From NCBI RefSeq assembly GCF_004010195.1, contig NC_057717.1, positions 103,873,179-103,937,178 of the forward strand: a stretch of DNA of 64,000 bases. Direction: 5' to 3'. The DNA is from Chiloscyllium plagiosum. Its lineage: Eukaryota. Under the pieces are notes generated by a model. It did not search any database, was not told the origin of the DNA, and saw only the letters and a list, made by a program, of their open reading frames with translations. Below, piece after piece: positions 13,601 to 25,434 of the stretch (position 1 is its first letter; the number at the start of each line of letters is the position of its first letter). The translations under genes were made by a program, and so were the position numbers.

Positions 13601-16600
13601 TAAGTGGCAGAAGGATTAAAGGGGATGTTAGGAAAAACCTTTTTATACAGAGGGTGGTGCATGTCTGAAATTCCCTGCCTGAGTTAGCAGTGGAGTCCTA
13701 AACTCTTTTTTAAGAGTACCTGGATCTGCACCTTAAGTGTTGTGAGCTGCAGGGCGATGGGCTGGGTAGATGTTGCTTCATAAACTGGGATTCTGGATCT
13801 GAGGCTGGGCACACGAGCTGGAATTTTCAGATTGTGAGCCCCAAGAAAGGAGCTTTGGAGCTCAGATCGAGTTGGAATAACAATGTTCCTGCTCTAACAG
13901 GGTCCCTCCCTCCACCAACCATCCCTCACAGGACTCCCTCTCCCCTTCCTCCCCCTCNNNNNNNNNNNNNNNNNNNNNNNNNNNNNNNNNNNNNNNNNNN
14001 NNNNNNNNNNNNNNNNNNNNNNNNNNNNNNNNNNNNNNNNNNNNNNNNNNNNNNNNNNNNNNNNNNNNNNNNNNNNNNNNNNNNNNNNNNNNNNNNNNNN
14101 NNNNCCTTTATCCCCCTCTCAAGCACCTCTACCTCCCCCAACTCCAATTCCAACTCCAAACCTGACAGCCTATCCCCTCCACTCAGAGGCTCCCACCCCA
14201 CAATCCCTCACAAATCTCTGTCCACCTCCCCCCAAAAAATCCCAACTCCAACACCAATCCCAATCACCCAGCTTCCTCTCAGAGTAACTGGAGGAAGGCA
14301 AATTTTAATGGTTTGAGATAAGAACTTTCAAAAGTTGCTTTGAGTGTACTGTTTGCAAATAAACGGATGTCAGATAAGTGAGAGGCTATCAAACGTGCAA
14401 TACAAAGAGTCCAGAGAGTTATGTTGCTTCAGAGTGAAAGGTAAAACTGGTCAGATTAGGGAACAAAGGATAATAAAGATATTAAGACTCTAGTCAAGAA
14501 AAAGAAAGAATTATAGATACAGACAACGAGGATCAAATGAATCTCGAACAATATAAAGGTTGTAGAAGGAGATCAGGAAGGCAAAGAGAGGATATGGGTT
14601 CGGTTTGGCAACTAAAGTTAAGGATAATTGAGAGAGATTCTACAAGTAGGTCAGGAGCAAGAGAGCAACCAGAGGGAGAGTAGGATCCCTGAAAGATCAA
14701 AGAGGTTGTCTTTGTGTTGAACCTCAGGGATGGGAGAGACAGTAAATGAATACTTTGCATTAGTTTTTGCTGTTGGGAAAGAAATAGAGGCTAGGGAACT
14801 GAGGGAAATAAATATTGATGTTTTGGAAACAGTTCACAATACAGAAGAGGAAGTGGTGGAGGTCTTAGAATATATAAAGGTGGATAAATCTCTGGGACCT
14901 GATCTAGGGTATCCCAGGATTTTGAGGGAGGTTAGGGTGGAAGTTGTGGGACCCCTTGCAGAAATATTTGTATCATCTATAATTAAGGGTGAGTTGCCAA
15001 ATGACTGGAGGGTGGTTAATGTTGTTGAAACTTTATTGCTGGAACAGCACAGCAGGTCAGGCAGCATCCAGGGAACAGGAGATTCGACGTTTCGGGCACA
15101 GGCCCTTCTTCAGGAATCCTGTGCCCGAAACGTCGAATCTCCTGTTCCCTAGATGCTGCCTGACCTGCTGTGCTGTTCCAGCAATAAAGTTTCAACTTTG
15201 ATCTCCAGCATCTGCAGACCTCACTTTCTCCTGGTTAATGTTGTGCCATGGTTTAAGAAGGGATGTCAGGAGAAGGCCTGGGAACTATGGACCTCTGATT
15301 CTGACTTTGGTGGTGGGTAACTTGTTGGAGGTAACGCTGATAGTATATAAATGCATTTGAGAAGCAAAGAACAATTAGGGATAGTCAGCATGGTTTTGTT
15401 GAGGAAAAACATATCTCACTAACTTGACTGAGTTTGTTTGAGGAAGTAAAAGTTGACGTAGGCAGAGCTATACACACTGTTTACTGGGACCTTGACGAGG
15501 TTCCACGTGGTAAAGCTAGATGACATGGGATTCAGGGGGAGCTTGCCAATTCGATACAAAATTGACTTGACGGCAGGAGACAGAGGGTGGAGGTGGAAGG
15601 TCGCTTTTCAGACTGGAGGCCTGTGACCAGCGGTGTTCCTCAGTGGGTCCACTGTTGTTTGTCATTTATATAAATGATTTGGTTGAGAATGTAGGAGGTG
15701 TGGTTAGTAAGGTTGCCAATGACATCAGGATTGACGGTAAAGAAGGTTACAAAGAGAGCATGATCAATTGGGTCAATGGGCTAAGAAGTGGCAGATGGAG
15801 TTTAATTTTGTGCGGTATTACAAATTTTGATAAATCAAACAAAGACAAGAGTTGTACAATAAAATTATGGTCTTGGGCAGTGTTGTAGAACAGAGAGATC
15901 CAAGGGTTCAGGTATGTAATTCTTTGAAGTTTGCATGACATATAGACAGCATGGCATTTAGCATACTTGTCTTCATTGCTCTGACCTTTGAGTACAGGAG
16001 TTGGGATGTCATGTTGAGGCTGTGCAGGATGTGGGTGAGGCCTCTTCAGGAATACTGTGTCTGGTTCTAGGATGTTAATAAGCTAGAGATGGTTCAGAAG
16101 AGATTGACCAGGACGTTCCTGGGAATGGATGTTTTGAGTTATCAGGAGAGGCTGGAGGCTGGGACTTTTTTCACTGGAGCGTAGGAGGTTGAGGATCACC
16201 TTATAAAATCATGAGAGGTTTAGATAAGGTGATAAGGTGTCTTTTCCCTAGGATGGGGGATTTCAAGACTAGGGGGCAGATTTTGAAGGTGAGAGGAGAG
16301 AGATTTAAAAAAGAAATGAGGGGGAAAGTTGTTTATCCAGAGTGCGGTTCACATGTGGAATGATCTTCCTGAAGGAGTGGTGCACATGGGTACAGTTACA
16401 ACATTTAAAAGACATTTGGATAAATACATGAATAGGAAAGGATTGGAGGGATATGGGCCAGGAGCAGGCAGGTGGGGCTAGTTTAGGTTAGGATTATGGT
16501 CAGCATGAACTGGTTGGACCGAAGGGTCTGTTTCCGAGCTGTACAACTCAATGCGTTATCTGCCTGTTACATCAGGAACACTTCACATCATACGGGACGA

Positions 16601-19600
16601 TGTTGTGAAACTTGAAAGGGTTCAGAAAAGATTTATAAGGATGTTGCCAGGGTTGGAGGGTTTGAGCTATAGGGAGAGGCTGAACAGGCTAGGGCTGTTT
16701 TCCCTGGAGCGTCGGAGGCTGAGGGGTGACCTTATAGATGTTTACATCTGGTCGGCATGGACAGGTTGGACCCAAGGGTCTGTTTCCATGCTGTACATCT
16801 CTATGACTCTATATGACTCTATGTGGTGACCAATGGGCACTGTAGAAAACACTGTGCCACCCACTTTCTGGATGGCACGTTCACTCTGATGGGTCCAGAC
16901 CAGTGAGGCCAGGAACGCAGAGTACTGCCCCTGAGCACAGTTTAACAAAGCTTCGTTTTCCCAACTCTCCCAGCACTGATTGCTGATGTGTTGATCTGAG
17001 TGTTGACAGTTGGTGTCACACACACTGTGAAACTAGACAGCTCTCGTCTCACCACAAACCCGGATGCAGCGATAAAAATACATTCAGAAGGCAAAGATCA
17101 CGCTCAAACACATAAAAATCTTAGAGGGTTTGACAGGATGGATGTCAAGAGGCCTCTTGACACCCACCCCGCCCTTGGCTGAAGAGTTGACATGCCAAGG
17201 GTCAGTAACTCAGGGTAAGGGGAAGTCATTGAAGGCTGAGACCAGGAGAACTTCCTTCACTCAGAGAGTTATGTTGTATTCAAACTCAGTCAAGCTTAAG
17301 ATAGACACCAATAGATTTTGGGATGTTGAGGGGGTGGGGTCCATGGGTCCAGCAACACACTTTTGGACGAGTTGAAATACTGTGTGCACTTCTGGTTGCC
17401 TCACTATAGGAAGGATGTGGTTGCCCTGGAGCAGATATAGAGGAGCTTCACCAGGGTGTTTATAAAATAGAGGTTTATAAAATCATGAAGGGCATAGATA
17501 GAGTAAATAGACAAGATCTTTTCCTTGGGGTGGGGGAGTCCTGATTTAGAAGGCATAGGTTTAGGGTGAGAGGGGAAAGATATAAAAGGAACCTAAGGGG
17601 GGTGAGAGGGGAAAGATATAAAAGGAACCTAAGGGGCAAATTATTCACGCAGAGGGTGGTGCTTGTGTGGAATGAGCTGCCAGAGGAAGTGGTGGAGGCT
17701 GGTACAATGACAATATTTAAAAGGCACCTGGATGGGTATGTGAATAGGAAGGGTTTGGAGGGATGTGCACTGTCGGAGGTTCCACTTTTCAGATGAAGTG
17801 CCCGACTGCGACCCTATCATTGGTGAATATAAAAGATGCCGATGCACCTCTCGAAATTGAGATGGGACGTGCTGCCTGGTGCCCCCATCTCAACCAACAT
17901 GGCGGCCACAAATGATTGGGTCATTACCACATTTGTTCTGTGTGGGATCTTGCTGTGTGCAAATGGACCGACTTGCTTCTTGCAAAAGTGACTATTCCCC
18001 AAAAGTACTTCCTTGACTGCAAAGCACTCTGGGATCTCCTAAAGTCATGGAAGGCGCTGCAGAAATGCAAATGTTCTCTTTAAGTGAAAGGAGGAGAAAT
18101 GCGGAGTTTTAATTATTAACGGGTTGAAGGGTGATGGAGGGCAGGTAGGAACGTGATGTTGAGGCTGTGATGGGATCAGCCATGATGGTATTGAATGACA
18201 AAGCAGGCTCATGGGGCTGAATGGCCTCTTCCTCCCCATAATTCGAATGTTCCCTTTCTTTGAACAGACCTGGGAATGAATACATTCAGATCAATGACAC
18301 AATGATTGGAAAGGACACTTGGGGAAATGAGTGCAGGGACTTTCTAACAGTGGTTAGAAGTGAATATAGGGACTGGATGTAGAGGTCTGGACCCATCAGA
18401 GTGAACATACCACCAGGAGATGGATTGCACAGTGTTTTCCAACAGTGGCCATTGGTACAGATGTTACAATGCAAAGTGTTCCTGATGTAACAGGCAGATT
18501 AATCATCCTACCATAGAGTGATACAGCACAGAAACAGACCTTTTGGTTCAACCAGTCCATGCTGACCATAATCTAAACTAAACTAGTCCCACCTGTCTGC
18601 TCCTGGCCCATACCCCTCCAAATCTTTCCAATTCACGTATTTATCTAAATTCTTTTAAACATTGTAATTGTACCCATGTCCACCACTTCCTCGGGAATTT
18701 CACTCCACACAACTTTCCCCTCATGTCTCTCTCCTCTCACCTTCAAAATGTGCCCCCCATTCTTGAAATTCCCCATCTTAGGGAAAAGACAACTACAATT
18801 AACTCTATCTATACTCCTCATTATTTTATAAACTTCTACCAGGTCGCCTCTCAAACTCCTACGCTTCAGTGAAAAAAGTCCCAGCCTTTCTTTATAACTC
18901 AAACCCTCCATACCCAGCAACATCCTGGTAAATCTCTTCTGAGCCCTCTCCAGTTTAACGATGTCATGTATCTGGATGACCAGAACTGCACACAGTATTC
19001 CAGAAGAGGCCTCACCCAGGTCCTGTACAACCTCAACATAATGTCCCAACTCCTATACTCAAAGGACTGAGCAATGAAGGCAAGTGGGCTAAACACCTTT
19101 TTAACCACCCTGTCTACATGTGACACAAAACTTCAAAGAATTATTTATCTGAATCCTTAGGTCCCTCTCTTCTACAGCGCTACCCAAGGCCTTACCAGTA
19201 ATTGTATAAGTCCTGCCATGGTTTGTTGTACCAAAATGCAACAAGTTGCTGAGTTTAATAAAACAAGATCCATTCTGCTGTTGGGGTAACACAGACTGAA
19301 CCCATGAAAGGCAAAAGTGAGGACTGCAGATGCTGGAGATCAGAGTCGAAGAGTGTGTTGCTGGAAAAGCGCAGCATCTGAGGAGCAGGAGAATCGACGT
19401 TTCGGGCATAAGCTCTTCATCAGGAACCAAGGAATCCAACTTTCAAACATTGAACCCCTTGTCACAGAAAGCTATGGGGCAGAGCCCTTATTTATATTTA
19501 AAATGTGGAGGCGCCGGTGTTGAACTGGGGTGGACAAGGTCAGAAGTCACACGACGCAAGGTTATAGTCCAATGGGTTTACTTGGAAGCACTAGCTTTCG

Positions 19601-22600
19601 GAGCACTGCTCCTTCATCAGGTGAGGTCACTTGACAAAGGAGCTATGTTATGAAAGGTTGTGATTTCAACTAAACCTGTTGAACTCTAACCTGGTGTCAT
19701 GTGACTTCAGACACTGTAGATTCAAGGCTGAGATAGAGGGATTCTTAATCAGTCGGGGAATCAAGGGTTATTCAGAAAGGGGACACAAGGAATGTCAGAG
19801 CAGTCAAGATCCTATTGGCTTAAGGGGCTGAATGGTGTATTCATCTTCCTATTTCTTGTGGCCTTATAGAAAAGTCTTGCCCCAGAGAGTTTCTGAAAAA
19901 TTGCTTCATTTGAAAACATTTTAAAAACATTAATGTCACTCCCCCCCAACCCCCATTATAACATGGCGAACTTTTATATTCTCATTCTCATCCTGTTCCA
20001 ATAATCCCACTCACACTCCATCACCACTGTCTCCTGCTGAAGTTGTATCTGACATACCCTCTCTGAGCTCTGTTTCCATTCTTAACCTAACTCATTGACA
20101 GTGTGAGTAGATTCAGTGATAACATCAGCACACACTGCTCCTGTGTGCCAGCGCAGCAGCGTCTTCAGCCGGGTTTCTGCTGAATTAGTGGATCTCTGAT
20201 GGCCTGACAGTTAAAGGCATCACCTTAATCTTTCACCATCAAGAAACATCTTGCAGAGGAGGTTCACCGGGTTGGTCCCAGAGTTGAGGGGGTTGTTCTA
20301 CGAGGAGAGACTGAGTAGACTGGGCCTATACTCATTGGAATTCAGAAGAATGAGGGGGGTATCTTACAGAAACGTATAAAATTAGGAAGGGAATAGACAG
20401 GAAAGAAGCAGGGAGGTTGTTTCCACTGTGGGGTGGAACTAGAACTAGGGGGCATAGCCTCAAAATAAGGGGGGAGCAGAATTAGGACAGAGCTGAGGAG
20501 GAACTTCTTGACCCAGAGGGTTGTGAATCTGTGGTATTCCCTGCCCAGTGAAGCAGTTGAGGCTTCCTCGTTGAGTGTTTTTAAGGCAAAGATAGATTTT
20601 TGAACAGTAAAGGAATTAAGGGTTATGGTGAGTGGGCGGGTAAGTGGAGCTGAGTCCATCAAAAGATCAGCCGTGAACTTACTAAATGGTGGAGCAGGCT
20701 CGAAGGGCCAGACGGCCTACTCCTGCTCCTGGTTCTTATGTTTTTTTCACCAAATGCTTATCTCTTTAATACTTAACTCTTCAGTAGTTGTGCCTTGGTC
20801 TTACTAAGCTACAAACGAACTGTCTTACACCATCTCCCAGTCCTTCTGTTATTGGTTTTTCCTGACCAGATGTGGGTAGTGCTAGATGGGTCAGCATTTG
20901 TTACCTGCTCCCAATTGGCCTTGACTAAGTAGTGGTGGAGCTGTCTTTTTGAACCACTGCCATTCATGGGGTGTGCAGAGACACCCGCGGTTCTGTCAGG
21001 GATGGAATTCCAGGATTCTCACCCAGTGGCAGTGAAGGAACGGCGATGTATTTCCCAACATGGGACGGTGAGCGGGCGGGGGGGTGTTGGGAGGGGAACT
21101 TGCAGGGGGTGGTGTTCCCATCTACCTGCTGCCCTTGTCTTTCTAGGTGGCAGGGGTCACATTTGTTGGAGGAGTCTTGGTGAATTACTGTAGTGCCCTT
21201 TTGTATATGGTACATACTGCTGCCACTGTATACCAACAACGGAGGGACTGACTGTTCAGCAGGTGCCTTGCAAGCTCTGTCCTGGATGGTGTCGAGCTTC
21301 TTGACCGTTATTGAGAGCTGCACGCATCCAGGAAAGTGCGGGAGTCTCCCATCACGGTCCTGGATTTGAACCATGTCCACAGACTTCCAGTCACCCACTG
21401 ACAGTCACTCTCTGTCTAACAGCTTCATTGTCAAAACGAGGCTTTGGCGCAGTTACTGAGTCTCTCTTCGGAGCCTTCAACCCTGCAGCTTCTCACTTCC
21501 TGTGGTCTCCCTTTCTTTCAAAACGTGCAGAATATTAAAACTGAGCTAAATGCCAGCTAACCACCAGCCTTCAACTTACCTGCCTGTGTTTTTTTTTGTT
21601 TTAACCATACGGTTCCCCTCAGAACTGAGTGTGTGCTGAGATCCTGTCTTTCACACCGGCCGACGCAGACCGTACACGCTGCCCCACTGCTTTAAGGAAC
21701 TTCATCCTCTGAGGGCAAAGATAAAACTATCTAACGTTCCTCATCGTCCCAAAGTCGCTGTTTGCTGTGCACTGCCCCGACGGCTCCTCCAAAGTGCAGA
21801 GGACTTTGGATATCACATGAAAGGCACTTCAGAAATGAACGTTTATCCCTGTTTAACCCTTAACTGAGACGCACAAGGACAGGACGGCACTCTCCCCCTG
21901 GTGCTGTCCCAGCCTCAATAACCTGCAGTTCCTGTTGCCCACCTCCCACCCTGGGTCTGGCTGTTTTTCAGGAATTGTAAATGCAGAATTGGCTCTGTGC
22001 TTTTCTGTCGTGCTCAGCTATTCCCAAACTCTGGAAACTCACCGATGGGGTGAGGGAAAGCACACTCTCCCCCACCAAGGGCATTTGACTGCCCCCCCCA
22101 CCCCCACCCCCTGGTCATGCTCGCTTACAACACCTTGATAGTGGGCCTCATGTGGCGCAGCGGTAGCATCCCTACTCTGAGCCAGGGGGCCCCCTGGGTT
22201 CAGGTCCAGATAACATCTCTGAACCAGTGGGTGAGAAGATCCCTGCCACACTCTGAAGGCCTGAAGAAATGACCCAGGGGATGAAGCACAGCCCTCCCCA
22301 CTCCTTCCCCTGCCCATCTTGACAGTGCAGGCACCTACCTTGCTGGGTATGCTCTGGGGCCGACTCCTGAAAGGACCGTTTCCGGGACAACCGGCTGGAA
22401 AATGAGTTCAGGAACCTGCGGAACCTCTCGGCTGAGTCTGACTTCACCTTCCTCAGAGCGGCAGGAGCTTTGCTTGATTGGGAAGGCACTGATTCAGCTC
22501 GCTGGTAGCTTGTTCTCCTCGAGAGCGGGTCCCTCCCGGGCTGCGCTGACCGCCCTTCGCCGTGGGCCGGACCCCCGTCCAGCTCGGAGTTCTCCCCCTC

Positions 22601-22795
22601 AGCCGTCCTGGCCTCCTCCACCTCCTCCTCCCCCCTGACCCCCTCCCTGGGAGCTGCCTGCTCCTCTCCATCCTCACCCCTCCTGGCGACCGGCTTGCAT
22701 CCCGTGAACCACTTGTAGGACCCCAGTGGGTTGTCCCCAGCCTGCCCGTCGGGAGGGTCCACCGCTACACAGGCCGAGCTCCGCTCCACATCCAT
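4530..22795 (-). CDS. RASAL3: RAS protein activator-like 3, 5' portion; coding exons 22339-22795, 8302-8441, 4530-4602; continues beyond position 1
   Basis: PLGSYKWFTG and VPVWDVNNCTLVNGQLML resemble the recalled RASAL3 N-terminal motifs PLTSYRWHTG and VPVWDIGGFTLLDGKLVL. Exon lengths 457, 140 and 73 nt give compatible phases. Next to PGLYRP2 on the same strand, as in human. Confidence 0.85.
5632..5858 (-). mobile_element. Solo LTR fragment of the Gypsy family at 33.3 kb (another copy at about 50185-50355)
   Basis: Shares CAGCCAGGGCTCCCTGAT, CATCACCAAGT and CTCAGAGC blocks with the LTR preceding the PBS and gag at 33281. Confidence 0.65.
7060..7745 (+). mobile_element. CR1 3' end (RT C-terminus and UTR)
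   Basis: RPHLEYIVRFWSPYL...VQRRFTRL...LYSLEFRR. Confidence 0.88.
8058..8266. repeat. Compound (CA)n/(CT)n microsatellite
   Basis: Direct reading. Confidence 0.95.
8302..8441 (-). CDS. RASAL3: RASAL3 coding exon (DSVDAPV...VPVWDVNNCTLVNGQLMLMSKDDE)
   Basis: Acceptor CCCTTTACAG, donor GAG|GTATGT; 140 nt, phase 1 to 0; conserved VPVWD motif. Confidence 0.85.
9188..9910. repeat. Minisatellite, 33-bp unit GCTGAGGGAGTGCCGCACTGTCGGAGGGTCAGT, about 22 copies
   Basis: Tandem array; produces the spurious 11-aa repeat ORFs at 9109-9972. Confidence 0.95.
10156..10430 (-). mobile_element. CR1 3' end with (AGAACAT)n tail
   Basis: RHSFKLRGGRYRTDVRGRFFTQRVVSSWNALP. Confidence 0.85.
10630..11450 (+). mobile_element. 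Old CR1 RT fragment
   Basis: LYRSLVRAHREYGVQFWSPYLRRD. Confidence 0.8.
12298..12632 (+). mobile_element. Full-length HE1-type SINE
   Basis: tRNA head (GGTTCGATCCC), body GGGTTTCCTCCGGGTGCTCCGGTTTCCTCCCACAGTCCAAAGA, CR1-like tail. Confidence 0.85.
13095..13770 (+). mobile_element. CR1 RT fragment
   Basis: KLYKTLVRPQPDCGQFWTSHYR...LRGDMI. Confidence 0.8.
15026..15231. mobile_element. Fold-back non-autonomous Penelope-derived element with 13-bp TSD TGGTTAATGTTGT
   Basis: Arms 15024-15102 and 15118-15196 are reverse complements with one mismatch; TSD at 15013-15025 and 15232-15244. Confidence 0.8.
15081..15118 (-). ncRNA. Minimal type-I hammerhead ribozyme motif (Penelope-type)
   Basis: GAUUC-CUGAAGA-A-GGGC(CUGU)GCCC-GAAAC-GUC-GAAUC: intact core, 4-bp stem II, 5-bp stem I, GUC cleavage triplet. 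Confidence 0.65.
17370..17765 (+). mobile_element. CR1 3' fragment with an internal tandem duplication of about 36 bp
   Basis: RGERYKRNLRG twice, then KLFTQRVVLVWNELP. Confidence 0.8.
17765..18082 (+). mobile_element. Deu-domain-type SINE (SacSINE1-like), 3' part
   Basis: TGTGGGATCTTGCTGTGTGCAAAT...CAAAAGTACTT...AAAGCACT...GAAGGCGCT...AAATGCAA; family assigned from recall. Confidence 0.55.
18510..19245 (-). mobile_element. CR1 3' end, right arm of a local inverted duplication
   Basis: VRPLLEYCVQFW, KLERAQKRFTRML; its 3' flank matches 16556-16901 in reverse. Confidence 0.85.
19310..19715. mobile_element. Two Penelope-end-derived short elements, each with a minus-strand hammerhead core (19391-19428, 19589-19623)
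   Basis: CUGAUGAAGAGCUUAUGCCCGAAACGUC and CAC-CUGAUGAAGGAGCAGUGCUCCGAAAGCUA-GUG. Confidence 0.65.
20252..20745 (+). mobile_element. CR1 3' end, very similar to 7250-7745
   Basis: Shared blocks such as CTGAGTAGACTGGGCCTATACTCATTGGAATTCAGAAGAATG. Confidence 0.85.
20865..21370 (-). mobile_element. Old LINE (CR1/L2 group) 3' end
   Basis: KKLDTIQDRA remnant; same 3' UTR recurs near 39390-39680, 47080-47260 and 49370-49710. Confidence 0.6.
22339..22795 (-). CDS. RASAL3: RASAL3 first coding exon (MDVERSSACV...ESAPEHTQQ); exon probably starts at 22839 with a short 5' UTR
   Basis: ATG at 22795; donor CAAG|GTAGGT at 22339; upstream acceptor AG at 22840-22841 after a (TC)n tract; 457 nt, ends phase 1. 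Confidence 0.85.
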
Positions 22796-25434
22796 CGCTA
22801 AGCAACCAGGCGAGGAAAGCAACTCCCCGTTGATCGTATCTGCTCAATGAGAGAGAGAGAGAGAGAGCACGAGCGAGCGAGAGAGAGATCACAAACGTCA
22901 CGTGTCGCTGAGGGCCCCGGCTCAGAGAGAGAGAGAGACGTGCTCTGTTCTGCGTGTGTGTGTGTGTGTGGGTGTTCTTTTATATTTTAAAAAGGTGTTG
23001 TCACATTACATCTGTTGGAAAAGGAAGTAGAGGAGGGTACAAGCTAAGGGAGAGCTCCAATCAAGCTCTGAGACACGAAAGGAGACTGTAAACCACAACC
23101 TGAGATGGACAGAGATTAAATGGATTGTTTTCTTTCAAAACTGTGAGACATCCTTCCCTTCCCTCAAAATCGACTCACAGCAAGATTTATACAACATTAC
23201 TATCCTAACTCTTCAGCTAAAGTGGCCTCTTTCCTCCGTTTGAGGCTAAAGGTTAAATTTTATTCAACTCAGCAGATTCCGGGCCAATCGTAACATTTGC
23301 TCCTCACCTCTGTGTTAGCATGGCCCAGAATGCACATGTCCCCATCCAGCAGCGTAAGCAAAGTGCACTTCAATTCCTCTAGAGCAGAGTATCGCTCTCC
23401 CCAGTAACACCTCAATTCTCATCGATGCCCTCGACACCTCTCAACGTAACCATTCGAGTGTTTCCCTTGGTTTACCACCACCCAATTTCCCACTGTCCAC
23501 CTTCCGAGGCACATCCGATACTCCGCTCCCTGCGGAGCCACGTTCACCTGGCTGGCCATCATTGGTTCCTACGCTGACTGATATTTCAGTCCTACAATTC
23601 TCACCTACACCTTCAAACCCATGAGCTCTCCCAAAGTCTCTGGACTCCCCCAGTGTGTGGGACACATACATGTCCCTGAATTAATCTCTCTGTGGTTCGG
23701 AGACTGTAAGGAGGGACTAAAGTTGCTACTAAAGAAAGGCCAACTTCACCCTAAAAACACCAGGCAAATAGATGCATTGAGAATATTGTATCCATCATCA
23801 CACCAAGAATACAATAAGTCCTGACTTTAGCATTCCAATGTACTGAGCTCTGGAATTTCCTGTTTAAATCTCTATACTATTCGGTCATTTTCTGCCTCTT
23901 TCTCCTCCTTAATGGTAATCCTTAAATCCCACCTCCTTGACTATGCTTTTGATCGCCCGTGCTAATGTCCCTGTACAGGATTCCCTATTGAATTTTGACA
24001 ATAGTCCAGTGTACCTTGACAAATTGAAAGGCAATCAGAGAAAGCAGTAATATATCAGATATGTGAGACAGTGATGAGATGTTGCTCAGAGGTGCTGGTG
24101 CGTTTCCATGTTACTAAGAGTGTACTCAGCACATGTTGACTATGATACAGGAAATGGTTTGCGCTTTAATTAGTCTGAGCAAGGCTAGAAGACATGACTT
24201 CTCCTGATATTCGGCCAGGTCAATAATAGCCTGAAGGACAAACAGTATCACTACTGAAAGAAAGACCAACTCTACCCTCAGATCACCAGGAAGAAGAGTT
24301 GTATCTAAAACATTATATTCACTATCACACTGAGAATGCAGCACGTCCCTATTTTAGTCTCGTATAAGGCACATCATAGGAAGAGGCCATGAAGCTCACA
24401 AAGACTGTACTATCATTCAAGTAAATTATGGTCAATCTGTACCTTAACTCTGTGTATTTACATCAGTTCCAAAAGGTCATAATCGCCTTCTCTGACAAAA
24501 ATCTCTCAATCTCACTTTCAAAATTTTCAACTGATCCTCCAACCTTCAATAGCACAAACTCTAGATTTCCAAAATCCAGCTGCAGGAAGAGGGGCTTCCT
24601 AATGTTACCACTAAATGGCCTGACTCTAATTTTAAAATGATGTCTTTCGATATCCCCACAGCTCAATAACATTTCTGACACCATCAGTTTTCGCAACACA
24701 AGCCAATGAGTATGTTGAAAATAGCTCTTTCAAAAAGCTGACACAGGCAGAAAATCATTCAGCCAATCTTGCGTTGTATAATTCAATGTTAATTAATATG
24801 CAAATTTAATTTCATTGACGAATATTGTATACATGGGAATTCCAAATGTTAAGATCATAAACAGGTATTAAATAATTCATACTGAGTAAAGTGGGAGGAC
24901 GACACACTAGAATTCACTCGTACAGCCATGATGATCCAAGTAACTCTTCTGTGTTTGTGAACTGGTTTCTCCATCTCCTCACGCTCTCTCTAAGCCTTGT
25001 TCTTCCGGGGTTACAACTCACCAGTGGTTCCATTGGCTTGTTCGACCTCCTGATGCAGGGAATACAGATCAAAGGGTTAGAATTCCGCCTTCCCGCTCCA
25101 CCCACAAAATGGCACTCAGCTCAACCTCAGAGATTATCCCCTACTCCAACAGCATGGCCATTTGCCGAACCCGAGGCCTCTCCGGGTGTCAGGGAGTTCC
25201 ACCTCAGTGGAGATGGCTCAGAATCTTTCTTCACGGGATCCTTCTGGCCAACAGATCGAAGAGAATTGTGAGTCAGGGCTGGATTATGGGGCTGGAGGTA
25301 AAAATCCAGTCCCTTTCCTTGCTTGACCCCTTATCTTCGCCACATAAGGACGTCTCTCCTGTAGCTTTCCTCTACCAGAATGTCTGTTGGGAAACGACTG
25401 AACAGTCCATTCACAGAGCGGTCAGAGTGAACGA

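Larger units (their letters stand above)
14285..16822 (+). mobile_element. Long degenerate CR1 ORF2 to 3' end, with a nested Penelope-derived insert (15026-15231) and a second CR1 3' fragment (16597-16822)
   Basis: NEYFALVF, DKSLGPD.GYPRILRE, PNDWRVVNV, GPLLFVIYINDL. Confidence 0.88.
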
